A stretch of DNA of 63,758 nucleotides, the filler included, from Stramenopiles sp. TOSAG23-3 (taxonomy: Eukaryota), in the NCBI GenBank assembly GCA_900128585.1. It is 9 parts of 9 records of this genome, joined end to end, with 100 filler letters (N's around TTAATTAATTAA, not from the genome) between each part and the next. Parts side by side here need not be neighbours in the genome. Positions count along the whole stretch, not along the records: positions 34,680 to 43,223 come from LT643006.1; positions 43,324 to 51,861 come from LT643007.1; 7 more parts are not named here. The stretch is one strand, 5' to 3'. Both the position numbers and the translations under genes were made by a program. The notes below the pieces were generated by a model. That model had not been told where the DNA came from, made no database searches, and saw only the letters and a list, made by a program, of their open reading frames with translations. This document shows, piece after piece, positions 40,477 to 50,709 of the stretch (position 1 is the stretch's first letter; each line of letters begins with the position of its first letter).

Positions 40477-42792
40477 TCATGAAAGGAAGGGGTTCGTGTC
40501 CTCCTCCCCCTCGCATTTCGTAAACGTGAGGGCCGAGAACGTCAGCTGCACGGGTCGGCCAGTTTTCATCAACATTTCAATAAGTTGAGGGTACGGCGTG
40601 CCTATGATTGCAGTTTTGTTTACCATCTTCAGCACCATCCCCGGGATCACTTGGTTTTGCTCGTTTCCAGGCTCCATGTTGTGCTTCTCTACGCCCGTCA
40701 CTTTCCCGCCTTTCGCAGCGGCCGTGTTCAAATTCCGAATCACTGTTATGTTGCTACCGGACGACAACGGGGAAAGCCCAATCCCCATGGGACCATCTTC
40801 AAAAATTACTCGTACAACCTTTCCGTCGCCGATCGTGCCCTCTGCCAACGCCCCTGCGGCCATTACCGACTGGCCCCCGCCGCTGCTGCCGGCCGTCGCC
40901 TCTTCGTACTGTGGCGGCGGGGGAACGGGCGCCATAGGGGCGCTTTCGTCGTTCTTCTTTTTCAACTCCTCGCTCAGGCGCACGATCATTTTGTTCGAGG
41001 CGGCCATTTCTGAGTCTTTTCGCTTGGATAATTCGATGGTTTTCTTCATCTGCACGTCCAATTCGGATGCTCTTCTATTGGCCCGCCGAAGTTCGACTTC
41101 AAGGTTGCCCTTTTCCATTATTTCTGCCTTGATGCGTTCCAAAAAGCTTTCCTTCTCCACAGCAAAATTAGAGGACATGGAATGCCGTTCGTTCTTTAAC
41201 TCGACGATCGCTGCTTCCAACTCCTCCTGGGCCAGCTTCAATGCCACGTTCTCGTCGACGACTTTTTGGTCGGCAAGGGTGGGCCCACTGTTCGCGGCAG
41301 CGTCGCCCGAGCTCTCTTCTGCGCCCTTTTCTAAGTTCTCTTCCGTTCCCTCCTCAACCTGCGGGTCGCCCCCCCCCTCCTGCGCTACCACATTTGTGGC
41401 TTCCTCCAAGCGGTGCGTGGCCGTCCTCGCCTCGGCCTCGGCACGCACTAGCGCTTTCTCCAGCTCCTGCACCCGCGCGTGGGCCGCAAGCAACTCCTCC
41501 GCCTTCAGCTTTTGCTGAGTTTTCAAATTCCCGCTCTCCAGCAAGTGTGTTTCGTACTCTGCTTTAATGCTGGTGTGTTCCTGCTGCAGGGCGTCCATTC
41601 GGCGAGCCTCCCCCTGCATCTTCTCCAACAGCACATTGTGCTGGTCGCCGATCGAAACGAGCTCGGCTTTCAACTTGTTTTTCTCCTCGTCCGACTCGCT
41701 CTTCGCACTCTCCAATATGCTGTGCAGCACATTTTCCGCTTCTTGCTTTTCCGATTGGGCAAGTGCCAGCTTACTCTCAAGATCGCCAATTTTCGCCTTG
41801 AAAAGGAATTCTGCGTCCATTGCCTTCGCCCTGCCAGACTCCATTTCCCCCTTCATGGACACCGCTAGGGTCCTGGAGTCGTTCAGCTCGCTGGCCAGCG
41901 CCGCCAGCTGCGACTCAAGGTCTGCTTTTGCCGCGTCCAGTGCCGTGGCGTGCTTGGATTGGGCGGCCTTGATGGCCTCTACGTGGGACTCTTTCTCTGC
42001 AATCAACGAATCTTTTGACATTTCCATGGCCGCAAGCATCTCTTTCCCCTTGTTCAACGAGGCCTCCAGGCCCCGTTTCAAGTCCTCGTTGTCCCTCACC
42101 AGCGCAGCCCCGTGCCCGTTCGCCTCCGTGAGCTTGTGCTCCAGCCCCTTGATCACTGCGTCCGATGCCTCCTTCTCCTCTGCTGAAATTTTCACTGCAA
42201 CCCGCTGCATCTTCGTCAGCTCGTCTATCTCCCGCTTCATCCCTAAAATTGTAGCGTGAAGCTTTGCCTCGTTCGACTTGAAGGAGTCTTCCATCGCCCG
42301 TGCCCCGCGTTTGGCGTTTTCAAGCTCCCCGGCCACGCGCTCGTTCCTTTCCAGCGCCTCGCGAAGCTCTTCTTGGGCCTCTTCCAGGCCCGAGGTCAGC
42401 TGTCCCTGTACATCGAGCGCGCTGTTGCGCTCGTTTTCCCTTTCTCGCTGCACATCCCTGGCTTTCATGTTCAGCGTGTCCACCTGCCCCTGCAACTGAA
42501 GTTGGAGCTCCAGGGCCTCGTTCAGTTGACCCTGCAGGGACTTGCAGTTGTCCTGGGCCTGTGACAAACGGTCGTTGTAGGCCTTCTTGACGTGAAAAAT
42601 TTCCTCTTCCAGCTCCACTTTCTGGGCTTCTAACTGGGCGTTTTCTTGAAGGACGGAGGAGACGGTCATTTGCAGTTCGTGCACGTGCAAATTCCGCTCA
42701 TTGTCGATCCGCTGCTGCTCCTCCGCCGCCTTCTGCGCCTCCAGCGCCGCCGCCTCTTCCGCCTGCTTCCGCCTGGCCGAACCGCCGAACAT
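40477..42792 (-). CDS. Long coiled-coil protein with C-terminal PDZ-like domain and NPF motif
   Basis: Long heptad-rich region; VIFEDGPMGIGL...PGMVLKMVN.......YPQLIEMLMKTGRPVQLTF; ends TNPFLS. Confidence 0.85.
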   Translation of the reverse strand: MFGGSARRKQAEEAAALEAQKAAEEQQRIDNERNLHVHELQMTVSSVLQENAQLEAQKVELEEEIFHVKKAYNDRLSQAQDNCKSLQGQLNEALELQLQLQGQVDTLNMKARDVQRERENERNSALDVQGQLTSGLEEAQEELREALERNERVAGELENAKRGARAMEDSFKSNEAKLHATILGMKREIDELTKMQRVAVKISAEEKEASDAVIKGLEHKLTEANGHGAALVRDNEDLKRGLEASLNKGKEMLAAMEMSKDSLIAEKESHVEAIKAAQSKHATALDAAKADLESQLAALASELNDSRTLAVSMKGEMESGRAKAMDAEFLFKAKIGDLESKLALAQSEKQEAENVLHSILESAKSESDEEKNKLKAELVSIGDQHNVLLEKMQGEARRMDALQQEHTSIKAEYETHLLESGNLKTQQKLKAEELLAAHARVQELEKALVRAEAEARTATHRLEEATNVVAQEGGGDPQVEEGTEENLEKGAEESSGDAAANSGPTLADQKVVDENVALKLAQEELEAAIVELKNERHSMSSNFAVEKESFLERIKAEIMEKGNLEVELRRANRRASELDVQMKKTIELSKRKDSEMAASNKMIVRLSEELKKKNDESAPMAPVPPPPQYEEATAGSSGGGQSVMAAGALAEGTIGDGKVVRVIFEDGPMGIGLSPLSSGSNITVIRNLNTAAAKGGKVTGVEKHNMEPGNEQNQVIPGMVLKMVNKTAIIGTPYPQLIEMLMKTGRPVQLTFSALTFTKCEGEEDTNPFLS

Positions 42793-43223
42793 CCCACGAC
42801 ACGAAACGAGTAGTAAATGGTCAAATTCTACCTATCCAAAACGTTCAACCTAAAATTCCTTTTTTCCCTCTTTCTCTGCTTCTCTATCTTTCTTCCTTCT
42901 CCTTCAATAATTTTAAAATGAATTTAAACTGCGTCGTCATACTCTCGTACCAACAGTATACGCCGTTCTAATGCAAAATGCAACTCACTCCTTCAACTGT
43001 ATACTATATTAATATACACTCTACTAAAAGAAGAATAACTTCTTACAAATACATTACTACTTCACCAGCAACAACCACCGCCCACTACTCATACACAACA
43101 CGACGACACGGGAGCAGCACGGGAGAGAGAAGAAGATAGAAGAAAGGAATATAATAGAAATAATAATTGCAATAAAATAATAATACTACAGTCGACAAAT
43201 AAATAGATCAAATAGATCAAATA

Positions 43224-43323
43224 NNNNNNNNNNNNNNNNNNNNNNNNNNNNNNNNNNNNNNNNNNNNTTAATTAATTAANNNNNNNNNNNNNNNNNNNNN
43301 NNNNNNNNNNNNNNNNNNNNNNN
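43224..43323. other. Artificial contig spacer
   Basis: N44-TTAATTAATTAA-N44. Confidence 0.98.
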
Positions 43324-43328
43324 AAAAG

Positions 43329-46300
43329 ATGGCACTATTAATAGGACTGCCAGGTTTTGGAAAAACTGACCTTATAAAAAACCTGCTGCTCCAACAGACA
43401 CAATTTCCGGGAGTTACAATTAAAGTGGTTAATCGTATTTCGTCGAAGATTTTGTGGGATTCAAGTAAGTTCCAACTTCATCGGCATTTCAGATATGTAA
43501 AGCCATTTATTGTAATTAATTTTCAGAACAATATGAACATGGAATCCATGTCTCATGGCCTCCTTTCACTTTTCCACTTGGTTGTAGAGCGATTCAATCT
43601 AACCGAAGAAACGGTGAACGCAGTTGATTTCGTCTACAATTCGTCAAAAAAATTCAACAGAAAAGAGTTATTGACAGAATTAAGAAGAAAGTGGAGGAAG
43701 GTTGAAAAGCAGTACATGAGTCGGGCAGGGCTACTTTCTGCGTTGGTGACTAAGTTTCATAATTCACTAGTTTCTTATAACTATTGCAAAGACAAAAAAT
43801 TCGGACTACTTTTGACGGGCAAGTTTATGGAAGTGCAGAAACTGAAGGAGATCGAAGACATTATTAGTAAGCATTTAGTACAAACAACCAAAGATATTAT
43901 AGAAAAACTTCGATCGCTTCCTGATAGCATTTTAGACATCTGTGAATGCTTGGACAACTTCAAGCATTTTGAAAGTATGGTATTTTCAGTATCGGGGAAC
44001 TTCGAAATTGGGGACATCAAAGGGCAGATTCAAGAACATTTTTTTGCGAGGGTAAACAAAAGTGCATCAAGTTTGCTTAAAGGGGGAAGTAGGAAGGAAA
44101 TATTGTTTTTGCGCAGTGACATAAATGTGCTGAGAGCTTTAGAAATGAAATTATACGAGCTTAAGATTATCGACGGCCAATCCACCGTTGAAGAAGTACT
44201 TGATAAAACATTACAAATCTACGACGACAAAACCAAAATAATGGCAAATCTTTGTGATTCAAAATTTATGCTCAAAATTTTCAACTTAAGAAAGTTTAAC
44301 GTGCGTCTGAAGGAATTATATCTCGCATCGAAGGAGAAACTGATTGAATGGTTAATTAACAATCTTCTCAAAATGCATCCTAAGACACATTACCATAACA
44401 TATTCCGTTCACTACAACTTCATGAAGATTCTACGTTCGAAGCGTTAGTAGCGACGTTGGTGTCCGCTGCTCGAAAACAGTATAATAAATGCTCTAATTT
44501 TTTGGATAATTTTCCGCTTCCAAGTGTTGAAAGTGTTGATATGCTCTTGTTACAACTCGAATATGCCAGGTGCAACCTTGGTAAATATTTTCCGAAAGAT
44601 CTGTGGCCAAAAACAATTATTCAAAATAAAATTGTTGATCCTTTGAGAAAAAGCATTTGCAAAACATCTGGCGTTGAAATTCACTTTCGTTCTCTGCAAG
44701 AACAATCAGTATATCTTGATTTTTTAGCGTGCAGTGAATACATTAGGAAGATGCAGCCGTTCCTAGTTCCAACATGGACCTCAAAAGTTGGTCATCATGT
44801 CACAGCATATTTGATAAATCCGTTGTTTAGTTGGGTGACAAAAAAACGTCTTGGTTTTGCGAAACTCAATAAATGTAGAGCGTGTTTCGAAAACAATATT
44901 TCTTCGTTTCAAAAGCGTTGCGAAAACATCATTAAATTTGTAAGATCAGTAAAGAAAATAAAGAAAACAACTCAACGCGAATATTTTATTCGACTTATTG
45001 GTAACGCTACCAATAAATGGATGAAACGTTGTGACAAACTTTCTGGTTCCATACTATTTCAATGCGACATCTATTCTCTCTTTCATGGGGCCTTTAAATC
45101 TAGTCAATATTATAATTTTTTGAAATGGTGCTTCACAACAGAAAATCTAGATACTCTTGAAAAATTTGAAAATCAGAATGCACCACAACTCCTTTGTGAA
45201 ACATATAGAAAATATTATTTACTTCAAAGGTGTGAAAAGTGTGTTGAAAATTGTCTGGCTGGAATTTTGAAAGAACTGAAAGATTGTGTTGAATTACAAA
45301 ATGCATTACTCAGTTTTCAATCGGGCCCTGTGAGACTAGACTTTGAAAAATCCATTATCCATCGCGTCAACGATTTATTGCAGCCCGTAGAGCAACAGAC
45401 TATGCATACTGCTATTTTGAAAATAGGTGAACTTCTTACTCTCTTCTGCGTATTTAAACTTTTCTGTCCACATACAAAAAATGAGTATCTTCCTAAAATC
45501 CGGGAAGGGGTTTCCATAAAATTTAAGTTTTTGAAGACTAAATACAAAGATGTTTTGACTCGAATGGACAGTATCGTTCCGACAAGAGAAGTATATACAA
45601 GTAGTACAACATATGGAGAAATGTGGTCGGCTGTTAACGAGGAAATCAACTTAGAAAAATATAGTTTAGTCAATACAAAGTTCATACGCGCAAGTGAGTT
45701 GTTTGGACTATTCATAACATCAACATTGGTTGAACAAGAAAATTGTATGTATTATGAGATTGGAGACTTTTTTGTGCACGCAAAAGCGTATAGAAAAATT
45801 AAAAAAATGGCAATTGTTTTTGCAGGAAGTTTCACGGAGGCTCTTTCCTCATACGATCTATACCGAATAGGAGTTCTGCGAAAAATTGCTTACATTATAA
45901 CAGAAAGATTAAATAGTGTATGCGCAAAACGATTTTTTGATCAATTGGATGATTGTAATTTTCATTCATATAAAATGATCCCCTGTTATTTGATCAGGAG
46001 AGCACTTCTCGACGTAGATAAATTGAAAGACGTATGGTTTAAGCTCAAAAAAATCAAGTCACTTGGCGTAAAGGAACTTGATTTGTTGGTGTATGGTTCC
46101 TATGAGTTGCAAGGTGGAATCGAAAGCCCGACAAGAATACTGATGCAGTATTTTTCTAAGTGTATAGAGGACATAAATAAGACAAAGTCCCAAATAATCT
46201 TTGAAATTATGCAAAACTGTTCTCTTCCCTCAGGATATGACGGTTGCATCGCTGATATTTCGAGATGCTTTAAGTATATTCATATTTATTCTGATCTCGA

Positions 46301-46874
46301 AGTTGAGAAAGTGAAAAGTTATGGCCATTATATTTCAGAGTTCGTGAGCACTGTCTCCAAATTTGTTCGAATGCAAATTGAAAGCAGGAACTTTTCTTGC
46401 TCGTTTTTGATCATTTCATTTCTTCGCTCTATTTTTGATATTTTGTGTCTTTTAAGTCCCGATGTTTGTGGTAAATACCATGATCAATTCAAAAATAAAT
46501 GTGATGAATTTATGGCCATACTGAATACAAAACTAGAGGAAAATCTGCCAAACACGTATATGAATGTTCAAACATGTAAAGACTTATTCGTTCACATCAA
46601 TTTTGCTGAGAAAGCAGTAAACATCCTTCCGTGTTTCCAAAAACGTTGTTTGGAGTTTAAAAAAGCATGGGATACTGCGTTGATGAATGTACTAAATCAG
46701 GCGGGAACAGTCGGGTTCAAATGCCCAGTGCTGAATGAGTTTTGTGCTGGAAAGTGGGGCAAGAACTACCCCCTTTTGGTATCTCGATTCAAAATAGAAG
46801 TTCTTAATAGTGGTGTGCCAACATCGGAGAGTCCACCCAAAAGACTCCGTCGACACACGAGTGCGCCAAGCTAA
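43329..46874 (+). CDS. Large AT-rich hypothetical protein with Walker-A-like motif and helical body (possibly 5'-truncated)
   Basis: 1181 stop-free codons in AT-rich DNA; LLIGLPGFGKT at the start; NLS-like PPKRLRRH at the end. Confidence 0.75.
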   Translation: MALLIGLPGFGKTDLIKNLLLQQTQFPGVTIKVVNRISSKILWDSSKFQLHRHFRYVKPFIVINFQNNMNMESMSHGLLSLFHLVVERFNLTEETVNAVDFVYNSSKKFNRKELLTELRRKWRKVEKQYMSRAGLLSALVTKFHNSLVSYNYCKDKKFGLLLTGKFMEVQKLKEIEDIISKHLVQTTKDIIEKLRSLPDSILDICECLDNFKHFESMVFSVSGNFEIGDIKGQIQEHFFARVNKSASSLLKGGSRKEILFLRSDINVLRALEMKLYELKIIDGQSTVEEVLDKTLQIYDDKTKIMANLCDSKFMLKIFNLRKFNVRLKELYLASKEKLIEWLINNLLKMHPKTHYHNIFRSLQLHEDSTFEALVATLVSAARKQYNKCSNFLDNFPLPSVESVDMLLLQLEYARCNLGKYFPKDLWPKTIIQNKIVDPLRKSICKTSGVEIHFRSLQEQSVYLDFLACSEYIRKMQPFLVPTWTSKVGHHVTAYLINPLFSWVTKKRLGFAKLNKCRACFENNISSFQKRCENIIKFVRSVKKIKKTTQREYFIRLIGNATNKWMKRCDKLSGSILFQCDIYSLFHGAFKSSQYYNFLKWCFTTENLDTLEKFENQNAPQLLCETYRKYYLLQRCEKCVENCLAGILKELKDCVELQNALLSFQSGPVRLDFEKSIIHRVNDLLQPVEQQTMHTAILKIGELLTLFCVFKLFCPHTKNEYLPKIREGVSIKFKFLKTKYKDVLTRMDSIVPTREVYTSSTTYGEMWSAVNEEINLEKYSLVNTKFIRASELFGLFITSTLVEQENCMYYEIGDFFVHAKAYRKIKKMAIVFAGSFTEALSSYDLYRIGVLRKIAYIITERLNSVCAKRFFDQLDDCNFHSYKMIPCYLIRRALLDVDKLKDVWFKLKKIKSLGVKELDLLVYGSYELQGGIESPTRILMQYFSKCIEDINKTKSQIIFEIMQNCSLPSGYDGCIADISRCFKYIHIYSDLEVEKVKSYGHYISEFVSTVSKFVRMQIESRNFSCSFLIISFLRSIFDILCLLSPDVCGKYHDQFKNKCDEFMAILNTKLEENLPNTYMNVQTCKDLFVHINFAEKAVNILPCFQKRCLEFKKAWDTALMNVLNQAGTVGFKCPVLNEFCAGKWGKNYPLLVSRFKIEVLNSGVPTSESPPKRLRRHTSAPS

Positions 46875-47045
46875 TGTTGTACCTATTTCCATCTGCCGCA
46901 TTTGTCTATAATCGAAGGATATATGTCTTCTCAAAGAGAGAGCCGCAAACGCAAAAAGAAACATTCTCTACATTTGCAAAGCGAGTTTGGCATGTAAAGA
47001 CTATTATATCTAGAGAAGCTCATCACTATTTTCAAAAAAAACAAA

Positions 47046-47138
47046 ATGCCTAATTCTTAGTGTGCTAAAAAGTTTTAATAAAATAAGAGAATGTCTTCTC
47101 TTAGTATGCCTAAAATTTTATAATAAAATAAGAGAATG
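47046..47138 (+). repeat. Imperfect two-unit tandem repeat
   Basis: TCTTAGT.TGC.TAAAA...TAATAAAATAAGAGAATG occurs twice. Confidence 0.75.
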
Positions 47139-47210
47139 ATCAATGAGAGCCGCGAGCTAATACGCAAACTAATGATGCTAGATATTTAAGGATTAATATG
47201 TAGCATATAA

Positions 47211-47515
47211 TTAAAAACAAAACAATTGCTGTTATTAAGGTATTTAAAATTTGTGCCCAGTAAGTTTTACTTCCTATTTGATGTACTGCGATTTATTTCT
47301 GCTCTTGTAGTTTTCTTAATCAATTTACTCATTTAGTCTTCTTTATTTCCCTCTTGTATACTCCATGCATGATCAGAAGTGATATTACGATGTCAAATAT
47401 CCCATGGTCAACTTCTTTATCCGGTATCTCGCTCATAGATGAGTCAGAACTTGTGTGATTTATCAAGCAGCGGCGTAAAAGTTTTTAAGGCGCTCGTTTT
47501 CTGTCTTGTAAATCG
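47211..47515 (+). mobile_element. Dispersed repeat family, diverged copy at the end of a longer degenerate element
   Basis: Degenerate terminus TTAAAAACAAAACAATTGCTGTTATTAAGG, then alignable to 34910-35175 (ATGTACTGCGA, ACTCCATGCATGATC, GTCAACTTC..ATCCGGT.TCTC.CTCATAGATGA.TCAG, GCAGCGGCGTAA, CTGTCTTGTAAATC). Confidence 0.85.
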
Positions 47516-48183
47516 TTCAAGGAATGGTCGTTAATGGGTTGAATTCAGGTCGGTATGCGGAACCGTCATTAGGGGGTTTTGCTGCGGTGGTAAAGGTTCG
47601 GTGTGCAGTGCTGTGGTTGTGATGTTGAGCATTAGATTAATTGCTGGCATGCGACGGCGTTGTTGTGGGCGTTATTATCTCATCCTAGTGGAGGGACCCA
47701 GATCCGCTTCCACCTCCCTTGTCACTTCGTCCAAGGGTGTAATTACTGGGGTCAGGGGGGGGAGCTTCTTGCCTGCTGTAGATGCCCAGATCCACTTCCT
47801 CCAGCATTGCCGATTCGTCCGAGGATGGCACTAGTAGAGTCAGGGCGTCCGATGGTTACGAAGGAGCTTGAACTTCACTGTCGTCCTCTGGCGTGAACCT
47901 CTGGGGTCGCGTTATCTGATGATTGCGTTGAGGGTTGTACTACTGTGTCGTGGGCCGAAGTTGACAGTAGGGGACAAGAATCTACTGTGGTAGTGGGGGG
48001 GGTTTGGGTGGGTAAATACTATACAGCTACAACACGCCTGCTAACAAAATATTGCTTATCATAGTACCTTGTACGTGAATTCACAGTATTTCTTCTTTAA
48101 CTGCTTGTCCCACTTGTACTTTTTATTGACAGAATCTTCCTGTCCTTCATACGTAGCAGCTCCCGGAAGACTGTGACGGCTTG

Positions 48184-48393
48184 TTAAGCGTTCTCGACTC
48201 CGTTTCTCACCCGCTTGCTGTTGTATTTGGAAAAGGTCTGTACAATATCGGATGAAAGAAGTTTAATCGTTGGGATGGCGGCTAGTGCTATGTCACATGT
48301 GATGATTGTGTCTCTGTCTGATGCATTCACTAGGGTGAACGACTTTGCTATTCTGTCGATGAGCAGGTCCTTTTGTTTTGATAACTTTACCAT
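48184..48393 (-). pseudogene. Short or decayed ORF with AT-rich virus-like leader
   Basis: ATG preceded by TATTTAAGTATAACAATATAAATAAA; decayed P/T/S-rich coding-like sequence continues to about 47520. Confidence 0.35.
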
Positions 48394-48698
48394 TTTATTT
48401 ATATATTGTTATACTTAAATACATATTATTAATGAGATTTATGAGATTTATGCCCCGCGGAAAAACGGAAAAAAAGAACAGGATTTTACTTTTGTTCTAC
48501 AGAGTCTGACCCACTCCTACCAACTTCCGGCACTTGGCACTTTGACTTGTGCGTATGTGGAGAAAACCTAAATAATGGATCTTTTTTCCGTTTTTCCGTA
48601 GATCTTTTTATTAAATCTGGATTTGTGTATATCCTCCCGGGCACAACCCCAGTGAGAAAGGAAAACAACATTATTTGCCGATCAACATAGAGTTCTGT

Positions 48699-49157
48699 TC
48701 AGTCAAGCCTGTCGGTAACAAACGGCACCTCTGGGACAGTTTGCACGTGATCCTCGTCCACTTTCAACCTCCAACCCTTAAGCAACTTCTTTTTTGTTGA
48801 GGAATTTGTGTACACGTCGTTCTCATAGGACATATTGGTTTCGAAAAACGCTATCATAGCCGTGGCTTTCATCTCCTTGCTGTTTTGTTTTCGTTTCGGC
48901 ATGTTTGCAAACTCTCGTGATTGACGTAGGTGTTTTACAATGGCAGCTAGGCTCCAATCGGTGTCGCTGCATCTGCCCCTAGAATCCTTATAAATATGCT
49001 TCGTTTTTCAAACAATGTGGTGAAGATATCATGGATGTCATACGAATCTTGTAAATAATCCAAGCTTCGTTCTTTCACACTGCCCGGTACATATCGTTCA
49101 GTATTGTACTTATGAATCGTTCTTGAGTATTAATAGGTACTGGATCAAAATATTAGC
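48699..49157 (-). pseudogene. Frameshifted C-terminal fragment resembling a D5-like (SF3) primase-helicase of NCLDV/Polinton-like elements
   Basis: Three frames join to give NILIQYLLILKND/KYNTERYVPGSVKERSLDYLQDSYDIHDIFTTLFEKR/..SDTDWSLAAIVKHLRQSREFANMPKRKQ...FFETN...LLKGWRLK. Family recognised from recalled motifs only. Confidence 0.55.
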
Positions 49158-49593
49158 GCCCCGACCTCCCCGATGTACGACCCCCTGACCTTCTCCCGCC
49201 TGAGCTGGCTCGGCACCCCATCACTCTCTGTGCTTCGCTCGGGCCATTTGATTGGAAACCAGTCAGGTGAATTTTCTTTTTTCTGCTTCAATTTCCTTTT
49301 ATCTTCTCGCTTTTGTGAAAGCCATCAAAAAATAATAATTGTCCTTTAATCTCCTTGACCCACCATTGTCCCCAGTTATACAAAATATAATTCATATTTT
49401 TTCTTGTAATATAACTTTAGATAAATATCTAAATATCAGCATATATTTTGTTTTAAGAATATATTATATTAAATTAAATAACGGGTTATGTTTTTTGTGC
49501 GAACCTCTTATTAAAGTTGACCCGGTCTACCGCGGTAGACTATACAGCACCACAGATTAACAAATCAACCCAGGTTTCTTTGCTGCTAGCTTG

Positions 49594-50709
49594 TTACTCC
49601 CATTCTTCATTGCAACTATCTGGAGCTGGCTGCATATACTTTCTCCGTGCCAGTATAGCTGCTTCCAGAGAGCTTAGGCTTTTTTTGCCGTCAGAATTCG
49701 ATGCATTTTGTTTGTTATTAAGCCTAGCTTCTATATCTTTTGCAGATATTTTTTTCCTTTTATGGTTACGAATCGATTCCATCAGCGGTGAATCTGTACC
49801 TTCTACATTTCTGTCCTCTGATCTGGAGTTTATCTTTACAGGTCGAAGTAATGTTTTTTCTGCCTTTGTTTTCTTGGTGGATTTGATATCATTTAGAAAA
49901 GGCAACGCCGGTCTTGAGTACTGTTCACGCGCAGATTTACGGGAGTAAAGCAGGGGTTTTGGAGATTGGCATTTGCCGACTTTTTTTTGCATGGGTAATG
50001 AAGGTTCAGGCGAACGAGTCAAACGACGGTCGGTTTCAATGTTCTTCGACACACTTTGCACTTCTTTGTCAATGCCAGCGTTGGCTACTATAGACACTTC
50101 CTTCGGGTCCAATGCATTGGCCATTGTTGTTTTCTGAGTGCGATTTCTTGCTTTAGAAAGGTTTTCCATATAATCTAACACATTTTGTGCCGTTAATACA
50201 TTGACCTCAATTCTTCCGAAAATGTCACCGGAAGCTGTGTTGGCATTGCTTGTGACAGCTTGTACAAAACCTTTCCCGTACATCGTGGCAAAGACCTCCT
50301 TAATTTCAGTTAATTCTGGTATCCTATCAGGAGTTTTTCCTGCCGAGCATATTATTGTGGAAGCAAAATCTTTCATCGTCAAAGGGCAGGGCTCATCTTC
50401 TTTAAAAAATTTCACACACCTTAGCACTCGGGTAAAGATAGATAGTAGTTTCTCGTAAACTTCGATCAGGTTCTCTTCTAGAATAACGACTTCTGTCTTT
50501 GTTCTGGCCTTTGTCTCATCACCAGAGTGCAACAAGTTGATAATGTCATCTTTTTGCAACTTCAACTTCCTTTTATAAGTTTCAATAAGCCTATGGATCC
50601 GGACACATCCTGTGCCAAGGCTTGTTTTAAGGCGGGTTGAGCAGTCAACAATATTTTCGCCCTTGATCCACTCAAAAAGAGCACTTAATGGTTGCAACAC
50701 ACCTTCCAT
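49594..50709 (-). CDS. IST1-domain (ESCRT-III-like) protein with WH2/C/A-like C-terminus
   Basis: IST1 pattern LKTSL....RI.......K.....KDDIINLL..G....ARTKTEVVILEENLIEVYE.L...CP...KDFASTII......IPELTEIKEVF...YGKGF; tail LEAAILARRKYMQPAPDSCNEEWE. Confidence 0.8.
   Translation of the reverse strand: MEGVLQPLSALFEWIKGENIVDCSTRLKTSLGTGCVRIHRLIETYKRKLKLQKDDIINLLHSGDETKARTKTEVVILEENLIEVYEKLLSIFTRVLRCVKFFKEDEPCPLTMKDFASTIICSAGKTPDRIPELTEIKEVFATMYGKGFVQAVTSNANTASGDIFGRIEVNVLTAQNVLDYMENLSKARNRTQKTTMANALDPKEVSIVANAGIDKEVQSVSKNIETDRRLTRSPEPSLPMQKKVGKCQSPKPLLYSRKSAREQYSRPALPFLNDIKSTKKTKAEKTLLRPVKINSRSEDRNVEGTDSPLMESIRNHKRKKISAKDIEARLNNKQNASNSDGKKSLSSLEAAILARRKYMQPAPDSCNEEWE

Noticed and set aside
40428-40494. 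Tandem TCATGAAAGGAAGGGGTT copies at the PDZ gene stop as a recoding signal
   Set aside because: Looks like a simple local duplication of the stop region; no extended frame or structure supports readthrough.
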